From Candidatus Omnitrophota bacterium (GTDB taxonomy: Bacteria; Omnitrophota; Gorgyraeia; Duberdicusellales; 4484-171), in assembly GCA_020352775.1 (NCBI GenBank), contig CP070684.1, positions 47,302 to 111,301 of the forward strand: a stretch of DNA of 64,000 bases. Direction: 5' to 3'. Positions 9,554 through 16,957 of this stretch are shown here, piece by piece. A program made the position numbers and the translations under genes. The notes below the pieces were generated by a model. The model was not told where the DNA came from. It searched no databases and saw only the letters and a program-made list of their open reading frames with translations. Position 1 is the stretch's first letter, and each line of letters starts with the position of its first letter.

Positions 9554-9784
9554 ATGATGTTGATACCTTTGATACTACTGGCAATAGTTAGCTTGGGGGT
9601 GGGAATCTTGTATTCCTCAAGACCAGAGGTGGCCATTGAATGGCAAAGACGCGCCTATGAGGCGTGTAATTGGAGGCTTGAGCCGATATCGCTTGAGAAA
9701 GAACTGCGCAACATGAAAAACATGGGCAAATTCTTGGTGCTTCTTTCCATGGCAACGATTGTCTATATTATTGTAAATAAGTAA
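9554..9784 (+). CDS. Small two-TM membrane protein, tandem paralogue 2
   Basis: 76 aa; TM - 'IEWQRRAYE' - TM; SD AAGGAG upstream; ends 4 nt before the next gene. Confidence 0.45.
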   Translation: MMLIPLILLAIVSLGVGILYSSRPEVAIEWQRRAYEACNWRLEPISLEKELRNMKNMGKFLVLLSMATIVYIIVNK

Positions 9785-9788
9785 TAAG

Positions 9789-10790
9789 ATGAGAAAAGGT
9801 TTTGCATTAATCGTCACAATCATTGTCATAACCCTGCTATCAGCCCTGGGGATATTCGGGGTATCGATGCTGTCAGCTGATATGCAAATCGCCACAGAAG
9901 CGATGCAGTCGGCAGAGGCCTTTTATATTGCCGAGGCAGGATTACAAAGAGTCATGGGTAAACTCAACAGCGATCCTGATTACCGCGATGCCCCTACAAC
10001 TTTAATGGATACTCTGGGAGAGGGAATGTTTTCAGTAATGGTAAGTAAAGACGCTTATACTTACACTCTTAACTCAACTGCTACCGTGGGTGATGTTACC
10101 CGTAAAATTCAGCAAAGCGCTATAGTTTTTCAGCAGGCGCCAGAAGCTTTCAATTATGGAATCTATTGTTACGGTGATATTTTTATGAACACCGTTGATA
10201 TGACCATAAACGGCAGCATTGCCACAGAAGGGGAAATATATCAATTTGCTACTAATCTGAACTTAAATGGTGACCTGGTAGAACACCTCAGTGCAAACAA
10301 CCTTGAGGTAGATATCCACAGCTATGAAGCTATTGCGGATTATGTTTATGATGGTACCCAAAACTTTTCTGATACAACCATCAATGGAATATACTATGTG
10401 AAAGGTGATGTAATAATACAGAATCAAGTCACTATAAACGGATCTATTATCTCAGAAGGAACTATTACCTTAAATATTACAAATTCAACCATTACCTCCA
10501 GTGGGGATTATCCAACATTTGCGTCGGAAGATGATATCGTATTTAACTCCGCTGAAGCCAGCACAATGAGTGGACTTATATACGCGAGCGACGATGTCAG
10601 GTTTAATAATGTCCAAAACACGGATTTTACAGGCTCAATAGTAGGTGCTGACGACGTGGAATTTAATTCCTGCTATAATTTTAATCTTAATTTCGATTCT
10701 GAGATATTGATTGATCCGCCGCCTTATTTTTCAGATTCAGAGTCAGGGGTCTGGAGAGCAGCTCCACAGCCAGATTGGGACGAACAATAA
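9789..10790 (+). CDS. PilX-N-domain pseudopilin-like protein with beta-helix-like C-terminal region, paralogue 2
   Basis: 333 aa; 'MRKGFALIVTIIVITLLSALGIFGVSMLSAD', 'EAFYIAEAGL', repeated 'TINGSI' strands, C-terminal 'PDWDEQ'. Confidence 0.7.
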   Translation: MRKGFALIVTIIVITLLSALGIFGVSMLSADMQIATEAMQSAEAFYIAEAGLQRVMGKLNSDPDYRDAPTTLMDTLGEGMFSVMVSKDAYTYTLNSTATVGDVTRKIQQSAIVFQQAPEAFNYGIYCYGDIFMNTVDMTINGSIATEGEIYQFATNLNLNGDLVEHLSANNLEVDIHSYEAIADYVYDGTQNFSDTTINGIYYVKGDVIIQNQVTINGSIISEGTITLNITNSTITSSGDYPTFASEDDIVFNSAEASTMSGLIYASDDVRFNNVQNTDFTGSIVGADDVEFNSCYNFNLNFDSEILIDPPPYFSDSESGVWRAAPQPDWDEQ

Positions 10791-10803
10791 AAAGGAGGTA
10801 GAT

Positions 10804-11049
10804 ATGGCAAAACTGAGCATAAAAGGATTGGCGCTTTCCTTCGGTATTAGCTGGTCGATACTCATGATTCTTTTAGGTATTGCAGCGATGTTTGGTTGGG
10901 GGGAGGGGATGCTGGCCTGCATGTCAACACTTTACATTGGCTATCAGGCTACAGTTTTTGGTATAATTATCGGTGCTGCCTGGGGTTTTATTGACGGTGC
11001 AATTTTTGGGGCAATTGTTGCTTTTTTTTACAATAAGTTCGCAGCATAA
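10804..11049 (+). CDS. Small glycine-rich two-TM membrane protein (a family often auto-annotated as holin-like)
   Basis: 81 aa from the ATG at 10804 with SD AAGGAGG; the track ORF start at 10711 overlaps the previous gene and lacks an SD. Confidence 0.5.
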   Translation: MAKLSIKGLALSFGISWSILMILLGIAAMFGWGEGMLACMSTLYIGYQATVFGIIIGAAWGFIDGAIFGAIVAFFYNKFAA

Positions 11050-11143
11050 AGGGTTATTTGATATACGGTATTGCCTTTAATACTAAGAGTGGTAAAATAG
11101 CATAATCTAAAAAGAGTAACCGCTTTTTAAAAAGGAGGTGAAA

Positions 11144-11545
11144 ATGCGCAAATTAGTCGTTGTATTGTTGGCTTTGGCATTTCTGGTCACAACAGTTGAT
11201 TGCTTTGCCCAAAGGAAAGGCGCCAGCGAAAGAGCACAAGAACGCGCAAGCCAAGAGGCAGTATTTCACCGTGTGGGAGATTGGTTTGCTACGGTAGGTA
11301 AATCAAAAGAGGAAAAAGAAAAGATACTGCAGGAACGCAGAGCTGAAAGAGAAGCAAAACGCGCTGCGAAAGAAGCTGAAAAGGCAGCCAAGAAAGCTGA
11401 AAAGGAAGCAAAGAAAGCAGCAAAAAAAGGTGAAAAGGGAGTGCGAAAAGCAACAAAAAAAGGATCAAGGGGAAACCCAAGAAAAACCCGCACCAGAACC
11501 AGAAGAGGCTGGGAGTTAAACACAAAACCTAAAGAAAGTAAATAA
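11144..11545 (+). CDS. Secreted Lys/Ala/Glu-rich low-complexity protein
   Basis: Signal peptide then 'RAEREAKRAAKEAEKAAKKAEKEAKKAAKKGEKG'; ATG at 11144 has a better-spaced AGGAGG than the GTG at 11138. Confidence 0.55.
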   Translation: MRKLVVVLLALAFLVTTVDCFAQRKGASERAQERASQEAVFHRVGDWFATVGKSKEEKEKILQERRAEREAKRAAKEAEKAAKKAEKEAKKAAKKGEKGVRKATKKGSRGNPRKTRTRTRRGWELNTKPKESK

Positions 11546-11558
11546 TAGGATATAAAAT

Positions 11559-11599
11559 GCCCCGGGGTTGAATTCGACTCCGGGGGCTTTAGCTTTAGG
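11559..11599 (+). terminator. Rho-independent terminator
   Basis: GCCCCGG...CCGGGGGC GC-rich stem (one bulge) with a loop of about 12 nt, followed by TTTAGCTTT. Confidence 0.55.
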
Positions 11600-11610
11600 C
11601 AGGAGGTAGA

Positions 11611-12102
11611 ATGAAAAAGGCTTTAGTGCTAGTGCTTGTATTTATTATTATCGGCTGTGCTTCTACAAGGGTAAAGCTTTATACCGAAAAAACATTTGAA
11701 CCAACAATGCCTGCTGCAATCCGGGTGCTTAAAGAAATGCCGCTGCGGCGCAATTTTATTGAAATTGGTGAGATCACAGTCAGTGCCGCAGAAAACTGGA
11801 GGGAAGCTGAAAGAATTCTCAGAATAAAAGCTGCCAAACTGGGAGCAGATGCAGTATATGTCTCAAAGACCTCAACCCAGACCAGGCGCTTTGTGCGACC
11901 GCATGATTGTTATTTTCTTTTTGGCTATGGCTATCCTCATGGCCATCATCATCGCTATCACCACCGGCTTCACTTTCACCACGGCTATTATCGCCATTAC
12001 GGACGGCGCTATCCACACCGCTATTTTTACTGCTATGGAGCGCCCCAGACCGAAGAAGTTACATTTATGACCGTAACCGGAATTGCAATTAAATATAAAT
12101 AA
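11611..12102 (+). CDS. Lipoprotein with a His/Tyr/Arg-rich C-terminal tail
   Basis: 163 aa; lipobox 'IIGC'; globular part with 'KAAKLGADAVYV'; tail 'GYGYPHGHHHRYHHRLHFHHGYYRHYGRRYPHRYFYCYG'. Confidence 0.6.
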   Translation: MKKALVLVLVFIIIGCASTRVKLYTEKTFEPTMPAAIRVLKEMPLRRNFIEIGEITVSAAENWREAERILRIKAAKLGADAVYVSKTSTQTRRFVRPHDCYFLFGYGYPHGHHHRYHHRLHFHHGYYRHYGRRYPHRYFYCYGAPQTEEVTFMTVTGIAIKYK

Positions 12103-12118
12103 CTAAGAAAGGAGAAAC

Positions 12119-12682
12119 ATGAAAAAGCTAATAAGCTTAACTCTTTTTTTAAGCATTATCTTTTTAGCTAACACTGCTTTTGCCTTGGAAATTTGGGATT
12201 TAGGCATGAAGGATCGATACGCAATTGGCTTTCGCTACTATTACGATGATGTTGATGATGAGGATTTCAAAAGAGACGGCAATGTTTATAGTGCAAATCT
12301 TACCTATTCCCTAAACAGTAACTTTGCTCTGGAGCTAGAAACCGGGCATGTTAAATTGAAATCAAAATTCGGCACTGAACTTGGAGTTTTCGCTACGTAT
12401 TTGAATCTACAGATACGCAAGCCCATTGAGAATTGGGCGCCGTATTTAGTGGGCGGTATCGGTGGGCAGTTTTATGACTACGGTGAACTGAAAGTTACTG
12501 ACAAAAAAGATAAAAGCGCTGACTTTTCCTACAAAGTAGGCGCCGGGCTTGAATACGCCTTTGATAAAAATTGGGCCATGAATGTTGAATACGTCTACGT
12601 CTATGGAAATACCGGAGGAAGTGCTAGCCTTGATACTTACGGCTGGCAATACGGGGCAGGAATAAAATATTATTTTGACTAG
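12119..12682 (+). CDS. Outer-membrane beta-barrel protein (OmpW/opacity-porin-like, 8-strand size)
   Basis: 187 aa; signal peptide 'ANTAFA'; alternating-hydrophobic strands; 'GAGLEYAF', C-terminal 'GAGIKYYFD'. Confidence 0.65.
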   Translation: MKKLISLTLFLSIIFLANTAFALEIWDLGMKDRYAIGFRYYYDDVDDEDFKRDGNVYSANLTYSLNSNFALELETGHVKLKSKFGTELGVFATYLNLQIRKPIENWAPYLVGGIGGQFYDYGELKVTDKKDKSADFSYKVGAGLEYAFDKNWAMNVEYVYVYGNTGGSASLDTYGWQYGAGIKYYFD

Positions 12683-12693
12683 AAAACTATAGG

Positions 12694-13116
12694 TTAACTG
12701 CCTTGAATCTTATGCAACAGACGGTTTATTTTATTAACCAGCGGCCAGAATTTATCCTTTTTCCTTAAGGAAATATCTCCGCTCTCCTTACCTTTGATGC
12801 GATCATCAAGCTCTTTGATTATTCTGTCATAAGGTCCAAGCATAGCATGAGTCATACGGTAAGCAAAAACAAGCAGCACCGCAAGAACAATCGGAGTAAC
12901 AACAAGTAAAATAATTATCACTTTACGGCTAGCAGGGATAATGTTCGATGCGATAGCCTCTAAGAACCCCATTTGATTGGCAGTCACCCCGAAAATAAGA
13001 TAGTAAAGAGAGATCGCGGCCAAAGCAGTCGGCACTAATGCCGCAACCGAAAAGAGCAAAAAGGTTTGACGGTGAAGCTTGTTGGCGAAAAATTGTCTTC
13101 TTCTGTTTTTTTTCAT
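12694..13116 (-). CDS. Two-TM protein with a HAMP-like cytoplasmic segment
   Basis: 140 aa; two TMs followed by 'AYRMTHAMLGPYDRIIKELDDRIKG...FWPLVNKINRLL', resembling a HAMP helix-linker-helix; no output domain. Confidence 0.45.
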   Translation of the reverse strand: MKKNRRRQFFANKLHRQTFLLFSVAALVPTALAAISLYYLIFGVTANQMGFLEAIASNIIPASRKVIIILLVVTPIVLAVLLVFAYRMTHAMLGPYDRIIKELDDRIKGKESGDISLRKKDKFWPLVNKINRLLHKIQGS

Positions 13117-13790
13117 TTTTTATACCCCACTCTTATTGCAGTATATTGGGCCTCGGCAGTGGAAAGAGTATTGTCAGTATCAGTCATCAGAGCAATAGCT
13201 CCCACAGAACCGGGACTTCTGCCGAAAGCCTTCTTATAATCTTCATAAATATTTCTTTCCTCAAAAACCCATTTACCTTTATTATCACGTCCCGATTCCG
13301 CGACTATCAACTTAATATTTTTCCAGTAAGGGCTGGTCATGATTTTACCTTCCGGCAAATCTTCGGCCCAAACATATTCAATGCATTTCATATTAACAAT
13401 AAACCAACTGGGAAAAATCACATATACCCGCGCGGCATAATCGTCCTTTTCCAGCCAGCCTTCCTTTAACTGTTTGGCTTTTGTTTTGTCGGGAAACTTA
13501 ATTACCTTCCATTCCCAGCTTATCATGGGATACTGTTTAGGATTGAATTTAAGACGGTGCATAAGACCGGAGGAGGCATCTTTACTTTGAGCCAGGAGAT
13601 AGCCGCCTTCTCTTCTAGGTTCCACCGAATATAAAACGCGGTTCTTAAATACTCTTTCTTCCCACTCATCAAGAGCGTTTTGCCTGTTAAAGGGAAACAT
13701 CTTAGGAAGCCTGGCAGTATAGGCAAAGAGTGCAATCAAACCAACTACCAGGAAAGTAAGGATATAAATATTTCTTTTATTAAGCATCAT
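13113..13790 (-). CDS. DUF3047-like secreted/anchored protein
   Basis: 225 aa; N-terminal anchor; 'SKDASSGLMHRLKF...PMISWEWKV' and 'DDYAARVYVIF' match my recollection of DUF3047; 4-nt overlap with the downstream gene. Confidence 0.5.
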   Translation of the reverse strand: MMLNKRNIYILTFLVVGLIALFAYTARLPKMFPFNRQNALDEWEERVFKNRVLYSVEPRREGGYLLAQSKDASSGLMHRLKFNPKQYPMISWEWKVIKFPDKTKAKQLKEGWLEKDDYAARVYVIFPSWFIVNMKCIEYVWAEDLPEGKIMTSPYWKNIKLIVAESGRDNKGKWVFEERNIYEDYKKAFGRSPGSVGAIALMTDTDNTLSTAEAQYTAIRVGYKK

Positions 13791-13919
13791 GCTTGCCTTC
13801 GTTCTCTATTTAACTCTAACATGCAAAGAAAGAGGAGTCAAACAAAAAGTGAAAAGGAAAGGGTATATTTTTAGGGCTATTTCTCGTTAAACTTTTTAAT
13901 AAAATTTTATTAAAATCTC

Positions 13920-13948
13920 TTGCTCTTTATTTAGCGAAAGGGTAAAAT
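13920..13948 (+). promoter_or_regulatory. Sigma70-type promoter
   Basis: TTGCTC (13920-13925), 17-nt spacer, TAAAAT (13943-13948), upstream of 13991. Confidence 0.45.
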
Positions 13949-13990
13949 ATAGTACTTATTGATTTATTGTTTTTAACAAGGAGGTAGGAG

Positions 13991-14356
13991 ATGGTTGGAT
14001 TTGTCAAGCTGCTAGGAATTGCGATGGTAATTTTGGGAGTGATTTATCTGATAAAGCCAGCAACCATGAAACGCTACGCAACCTTCTGGATGAAAGACAA
14101 CCGCATTTATGCCGGCGGAGTGATCAGTGTTGTAATCGCCCTTATCTTTTTTCGAGCTGCTGGCTTATGCTCCACGCCCTGGTTTGTGGTTCTAATGGGA
14201 ATTTTAGCTCTAGCCAAAGGTGCTTGTGCATTTTTCCTTGGCCCCAAAAAGATAAAACCCTGGATGGAACAACTGATGCAAAAGCCAATCGGAACTTTGC
14301 GAACCATTGCCCTTATACCTTTAATTATCGGGATACTGCTTATCTACGCTGCCTGA
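13991..14356 (+). CDS. Four-TM membrane protein of unknown function, paralogue B
   Basis: 121 aa; paralogue of 7961-8335; SD AAGGAGG. Confidence 0.6.
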   Translation: MVGFVKLLGIAMVILGVIYLIKPATMKRYATFWMKDNRIYAGGVISVVIALIFFRAAGLCSTPWFVVLMGILALAKGACAFFLGPKKIKPWMEQLMQKPIGTLRTIALIPLIIGILLIYAA

Positions 14357-14426
14357 TCTATTTTGGAGAGTGGTTATACAACTGATTTAAGAATGCGTCC
14401 ATAATGTGTTCTATGTTAATCATACT

Positions 14427-14478
14427 AAACCCTGGAGTATCGTCATAGGCGGTAACTCCAGGGTTTTCCTTTTTAGGA
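14427..14478 (+). terminator. Intrinsic terminator or attenuator hairpin upstream of the pilin operon
   Basis: AAACCCTGGAGT (14427-14438) pairs with ACTCCAGGGTTT (14455-14466), 16-nt loop, followed by TTCCTTTTT. Confidence 0.6.
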
Positions 14479-14490
14479 AAGGTAAAAACC

Positions 14491-14997
14491 ATGCACAATC
14501 TAATTCACGCTAAAAGAAAATCCTTTAGCCTCATTGAACTGGTGACGGTAATAGTAGCGCTGGGAGTATTTTCTGTGGCAGTAGTAGTATCAACAGACAG
14601 TGCAAAGGTCAATAAGCTCATTGGAGCAGCAAACAAACTGATGTTTGATATACGTTACGCCCAGCAACTTGCCCTCAGCCGCCACACCGACTGTGGAGTA
14701 TCTTTTGACCCTGCCAGCGACACTTACTTTGTCTATATTGGAGACACATCCACCAAAGCCATTGACCCGCATCTGCGCACTGAATTTATGGTGGATTATA
14801 CTTCAGAAAGTGAATACAGCGGGATAGATTTAGTTAGCACTAATTTCGGGGATCTAATATCTTTTGATAACATCGGCACTCCCTATGATAGCAGCGCAGT
14901 AGAGCTATCAAGCCAGGGCTCTGTTATTATACAAACTAATTCTTATACCAAAAACGTTACGGTCCAACCAAGTACGGGAAAGGTCAAGGTACAATGA
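14491..14997 (+). CDS. Prepilin-type minor pilin, GspH/FimT-like
   Basis: 168 aa; 'KRKSFSLIELVTVIVALGV' N-terminal methylation-type motif with Glu5. Confidence 0.7.
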   Translation: MHNLIHAKRKSFSLIELVTVIVALGVFSVAVVVSTDSAKVNKLIGAANKLMFDIRYAQQLALSRHTDCGVSFDPASDTYFVYIGDTSTKAIDPHLRTEFMVDYTSESEYSGIDLVSTNFGDLISFDNIGTPYDSSAVELSSQGSVIIQTNSYTKNVTVQPSTGKVKVQ

Positions 14998-15377
14998 AAA
15001 GAGGTTTTTCATTAATCGAACTTGTTATCTCTACAGTTATTATTTCAATTGCGGCTCTATCGATCGCATTCCTGTACCAACAGGCACTAAGCGGAAGCCT
15101 TGAAGTAAGGGAACTTACGGTAGCCACCGCCTTGGCAAAAGAAAAGATGGAAGAGGTATTATTATTGGATTTTGGCTCTGTAGCTGATGTCAGCGACACT
15201 AGTTTCCCAGCACCATTTAGCAATTATAGCTATGCGGTAAATGTCTGCTATGTTCAAAGTACAAATCTGGATAGTTGCGTAGATCCGACTACAACCGATT
15301 ATAAAAAAGTTGAGGTTGTCATAAACTGTGACGCCAGCCCCCTGGCCACATTAAAAACTTTATTCACAAACTATTAA
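14994..15377 (+). CDS. Prepilin-type minor pilin, PilV-like
   Basis: 127 aa; 'MKRGFSLIELVISTVIISIAAL'; ATGA overlap with the upstream gene. Confidence 0.7.
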   Translation: MKRGFSLIELVISTVIISIAALSIAFLYQQALSGSLEVRELTVATALAKEKMEEVLLLDFGSVADVSDTSFPAPFSNYSYAVNVCYVQSTNLDSCVDPTTTDYKKVEVVINCDASPLATLKTLFTNY

Positions 15378-15383
15378 ATTGAT

Positions 15384-15875
15384 ATGGAGCGTAATATGAA
15401 CAAAAAAAGTTTTACCTTAATAGAGATGGTCTTAGTGACCACGATCTTAGCTGTTATTGCGGTCGCAGTTGCCCCCTATATTACGATTGCATTGGATTCC
15501 TGGGTAGTGAATAAAACTGAAAGAAATCTAGTGTTTAGCGCTAGGCTTGCCACCAATAGAATGGTGCGCGAAATGCGGGAAATAAAAGACACGGCCTCAA
15601 TCACCACTTTTACTTCCACTGAATTTGAGTTTATGGATATCAATGATAACACCATAAATTACCAGCAATCCACTAGTCTTCTTTTACGTAATTTTGATGA
15701 ACTGACCGATCAACTGCAAGATCCCGGCGGCTTAACTTTTACTTACCTGGACTCATCCGGCAACCCGACCGCCACCAAAAATGATATCCGCATGGTAAGA
15801 ATCACGCTGGTTTTAATCTCAGGGGATATCAGCATTGCCATCGAATCTCTTGCTAAATTAAGAAACGTCGGCTAA
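15384..15875 (+). CDS. Prepilin-type minor pilin, PilW/GspJ-like (alternative start at 15396)
   Basis: 163 aa; 'KKSFTLIEMVLVTTILAVIAV'; GGAG lies 6 nt before the ATG at 15396. Confidence 0.65.
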   Translation: MERNMNKKSFTLIEMVLVTTILAVIAVAVAPYITIALDSWVVNKTERNLVFSARLATNRMVREMREIKDTASITTFTSTEFEFMDINDNTINYQQSTSLLLRNFDELTDQLQDPGGLTFTYLDSSGNPTATKNDIRMVRITLVLISGDISIAIESLAKLRNVG

Positions 15876-15894
15876 AACTGTAGTGGAGAAAAAA

Positions 15895-16920
15895 ATGAAA
15901 AAAAGTTTTGCTCTTATCGTTACCCTTATCGTTATAACCCTTTTATCGGGACTGGGGTTATTCGGGGTCTCAATGCTTTCCACTGACACCCACATTGCGG
16001 TTGATGCCACCCAGGCCGACGAAGCTTTTTATATTGCGGAAGCGGGCCTAAAGCACGTAATGGCTAAAATCGTTACTGATGGAAGTTATCGCGATAACCC
16101 TACCCAAGTAATGGAGAACTTCGCATCGGGATTATTTATCGTAGATGTAACCAAGGTTGGCAATACCTACACCCTTACCTCAAACTCTACAATAGGGGGT
16201 ATAACCAGGGTGATTTCTCAGAGTGTGGTGTTTTCTGATGACCATAGTGGGCCCTTTGCCAATGCGATCTATGCCTATGGAAATCGACTCGATGTTAGAG
16301 ACACCGCCGGCGTAGTAAATGGCAATTTGAAATGCGAAGGAGAAGTTCAATATTGGGATCCCGCTCTTTTAACAGTAAACGGTACAGTAGAAGAATATGT
16401 CGAAAATCAGACACCGTTTACCGTAGACTATGTTGGTTTTCAATCGCGAGCTGACCATTTTGAAGGAGGAAACTATACTTTCAGCGCTGGGACTTATGGC
16501 TTAGAAGGAGGCGAGGAAATCTGGTATATCCAAGGCAAGGTGACAATAAAAGATGATGTTACTATATACGGCTCAATCATTGCTCCTAACATGACCGTGG
16601 ATATGGATATGGCTGATAATCTTACTATCGCACCTGCTACGGGTGAGCCTGCGATTATCACCGGAAACTATATTAACGCCGATGGTATGACAAATACGAC
16701 CATATCCGGTCTGATATACAGCGGAAAAGATATCCGAATGAGTAGCTTTGATGGCCTTACCATAAACGGAACAATGATCAGCGAAAATGTTATTGTCATG
16801 GAGCATGGTCGCGATTTTGAACTCAATTATGACCCCGATGCCCTGGGCGATTTGGAATATTTCGAGGGATATGAAGGTGGCGCCAGCGTCATCCCGCAGA
16901 ACGACTGGAACGAAACATAA
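15895..16920 (+). CDS. PilX-N-domain pseudopilin-like protein with beta-helix-like C-terminal region, paralogue 3 (the track ORF starts at a GTG at 15883)
   Basis: 'MKKSFALIVTLIVITLLSGLGLFGVSMLSTD', 'EAFYIAEAGL', 'TINGTMIS', C-terminal 'NDWNET'; last gene of the minor-pilin operon. Confidence 0.7.
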   Translation: MKKSFALIVTLIVITLLSGLGLFGVSMLSTDTHIAVDATQADEAFYIAEAGLKHVMAKIVTDGSYRDNPTQVMENFASGLFIVDVTKVGNTYTLTSNSTIGGITRVISQSVVFSDDHSGPFANAIYAYGNRLDVRDTAGVVNGNLKCEGEVQYWDPALLTVNGTVEEYVENQTPFTVDYVGFQSRADHFEGGNYTFSAGTYGLEGGEEIWYIQGKVTIKDDVTIYGSIIAPNMTVDMDMADNLTIAPATGEPAIITGNYINADGMTNTTISGLIYSGKDIRMSSFDGLTINGTMISENVIVMEHGRDFELNYDPDALGDLEYFEGYEGGASVIPQNDWNET

Positions 16921-16957
16921 GCTAACGAAATACCCTTCGTGATCTAATCACATAAAT

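Noticed and set aside
10711-10803. Upstream extension of the track ORF 10711-11049
   Set aside because: It overlaps the end of PilX-like paralogue 2 by 80 nt. The ATG at 10804 has a well-placed AAGGAGG.
10804-11049. Holin-like small membrane protein considered as a sign of a prophage or lysis cassette
   Set aside because: No endolysin, spanin, terminase, capsid or integrase genes lie nearby. The neighbours are envelope proteins.
11330-11470. Short DNA repeats (GCTGAAAAGG/GCAGCCAAGAAAGC...) considered as a possible CRISPR or tandem-repeat array
   Set aside because: The repeats are imperfect, in frame, and encode the AEKAAKK peptide repeat. There is no repeat-spacer periodicity and there are no cas genes.
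11266-12092. ORFs 11266-11523(-), 11289-11525(-), 11819-12016(-), 11849-12070(+) and 11907-12092(+)
   Set aside because: They are alternative frames opened by the low-complexity Lys-rich and His-rich coding repeats. Signal peptides, lipobox and SD sites support the chosen frames.
13038-13469. 143-aa + strand ORF
   Set aside because: It is antisense to the DUF3047-like and HAMP-like genes, has no SD, and the product has no recognisable features.
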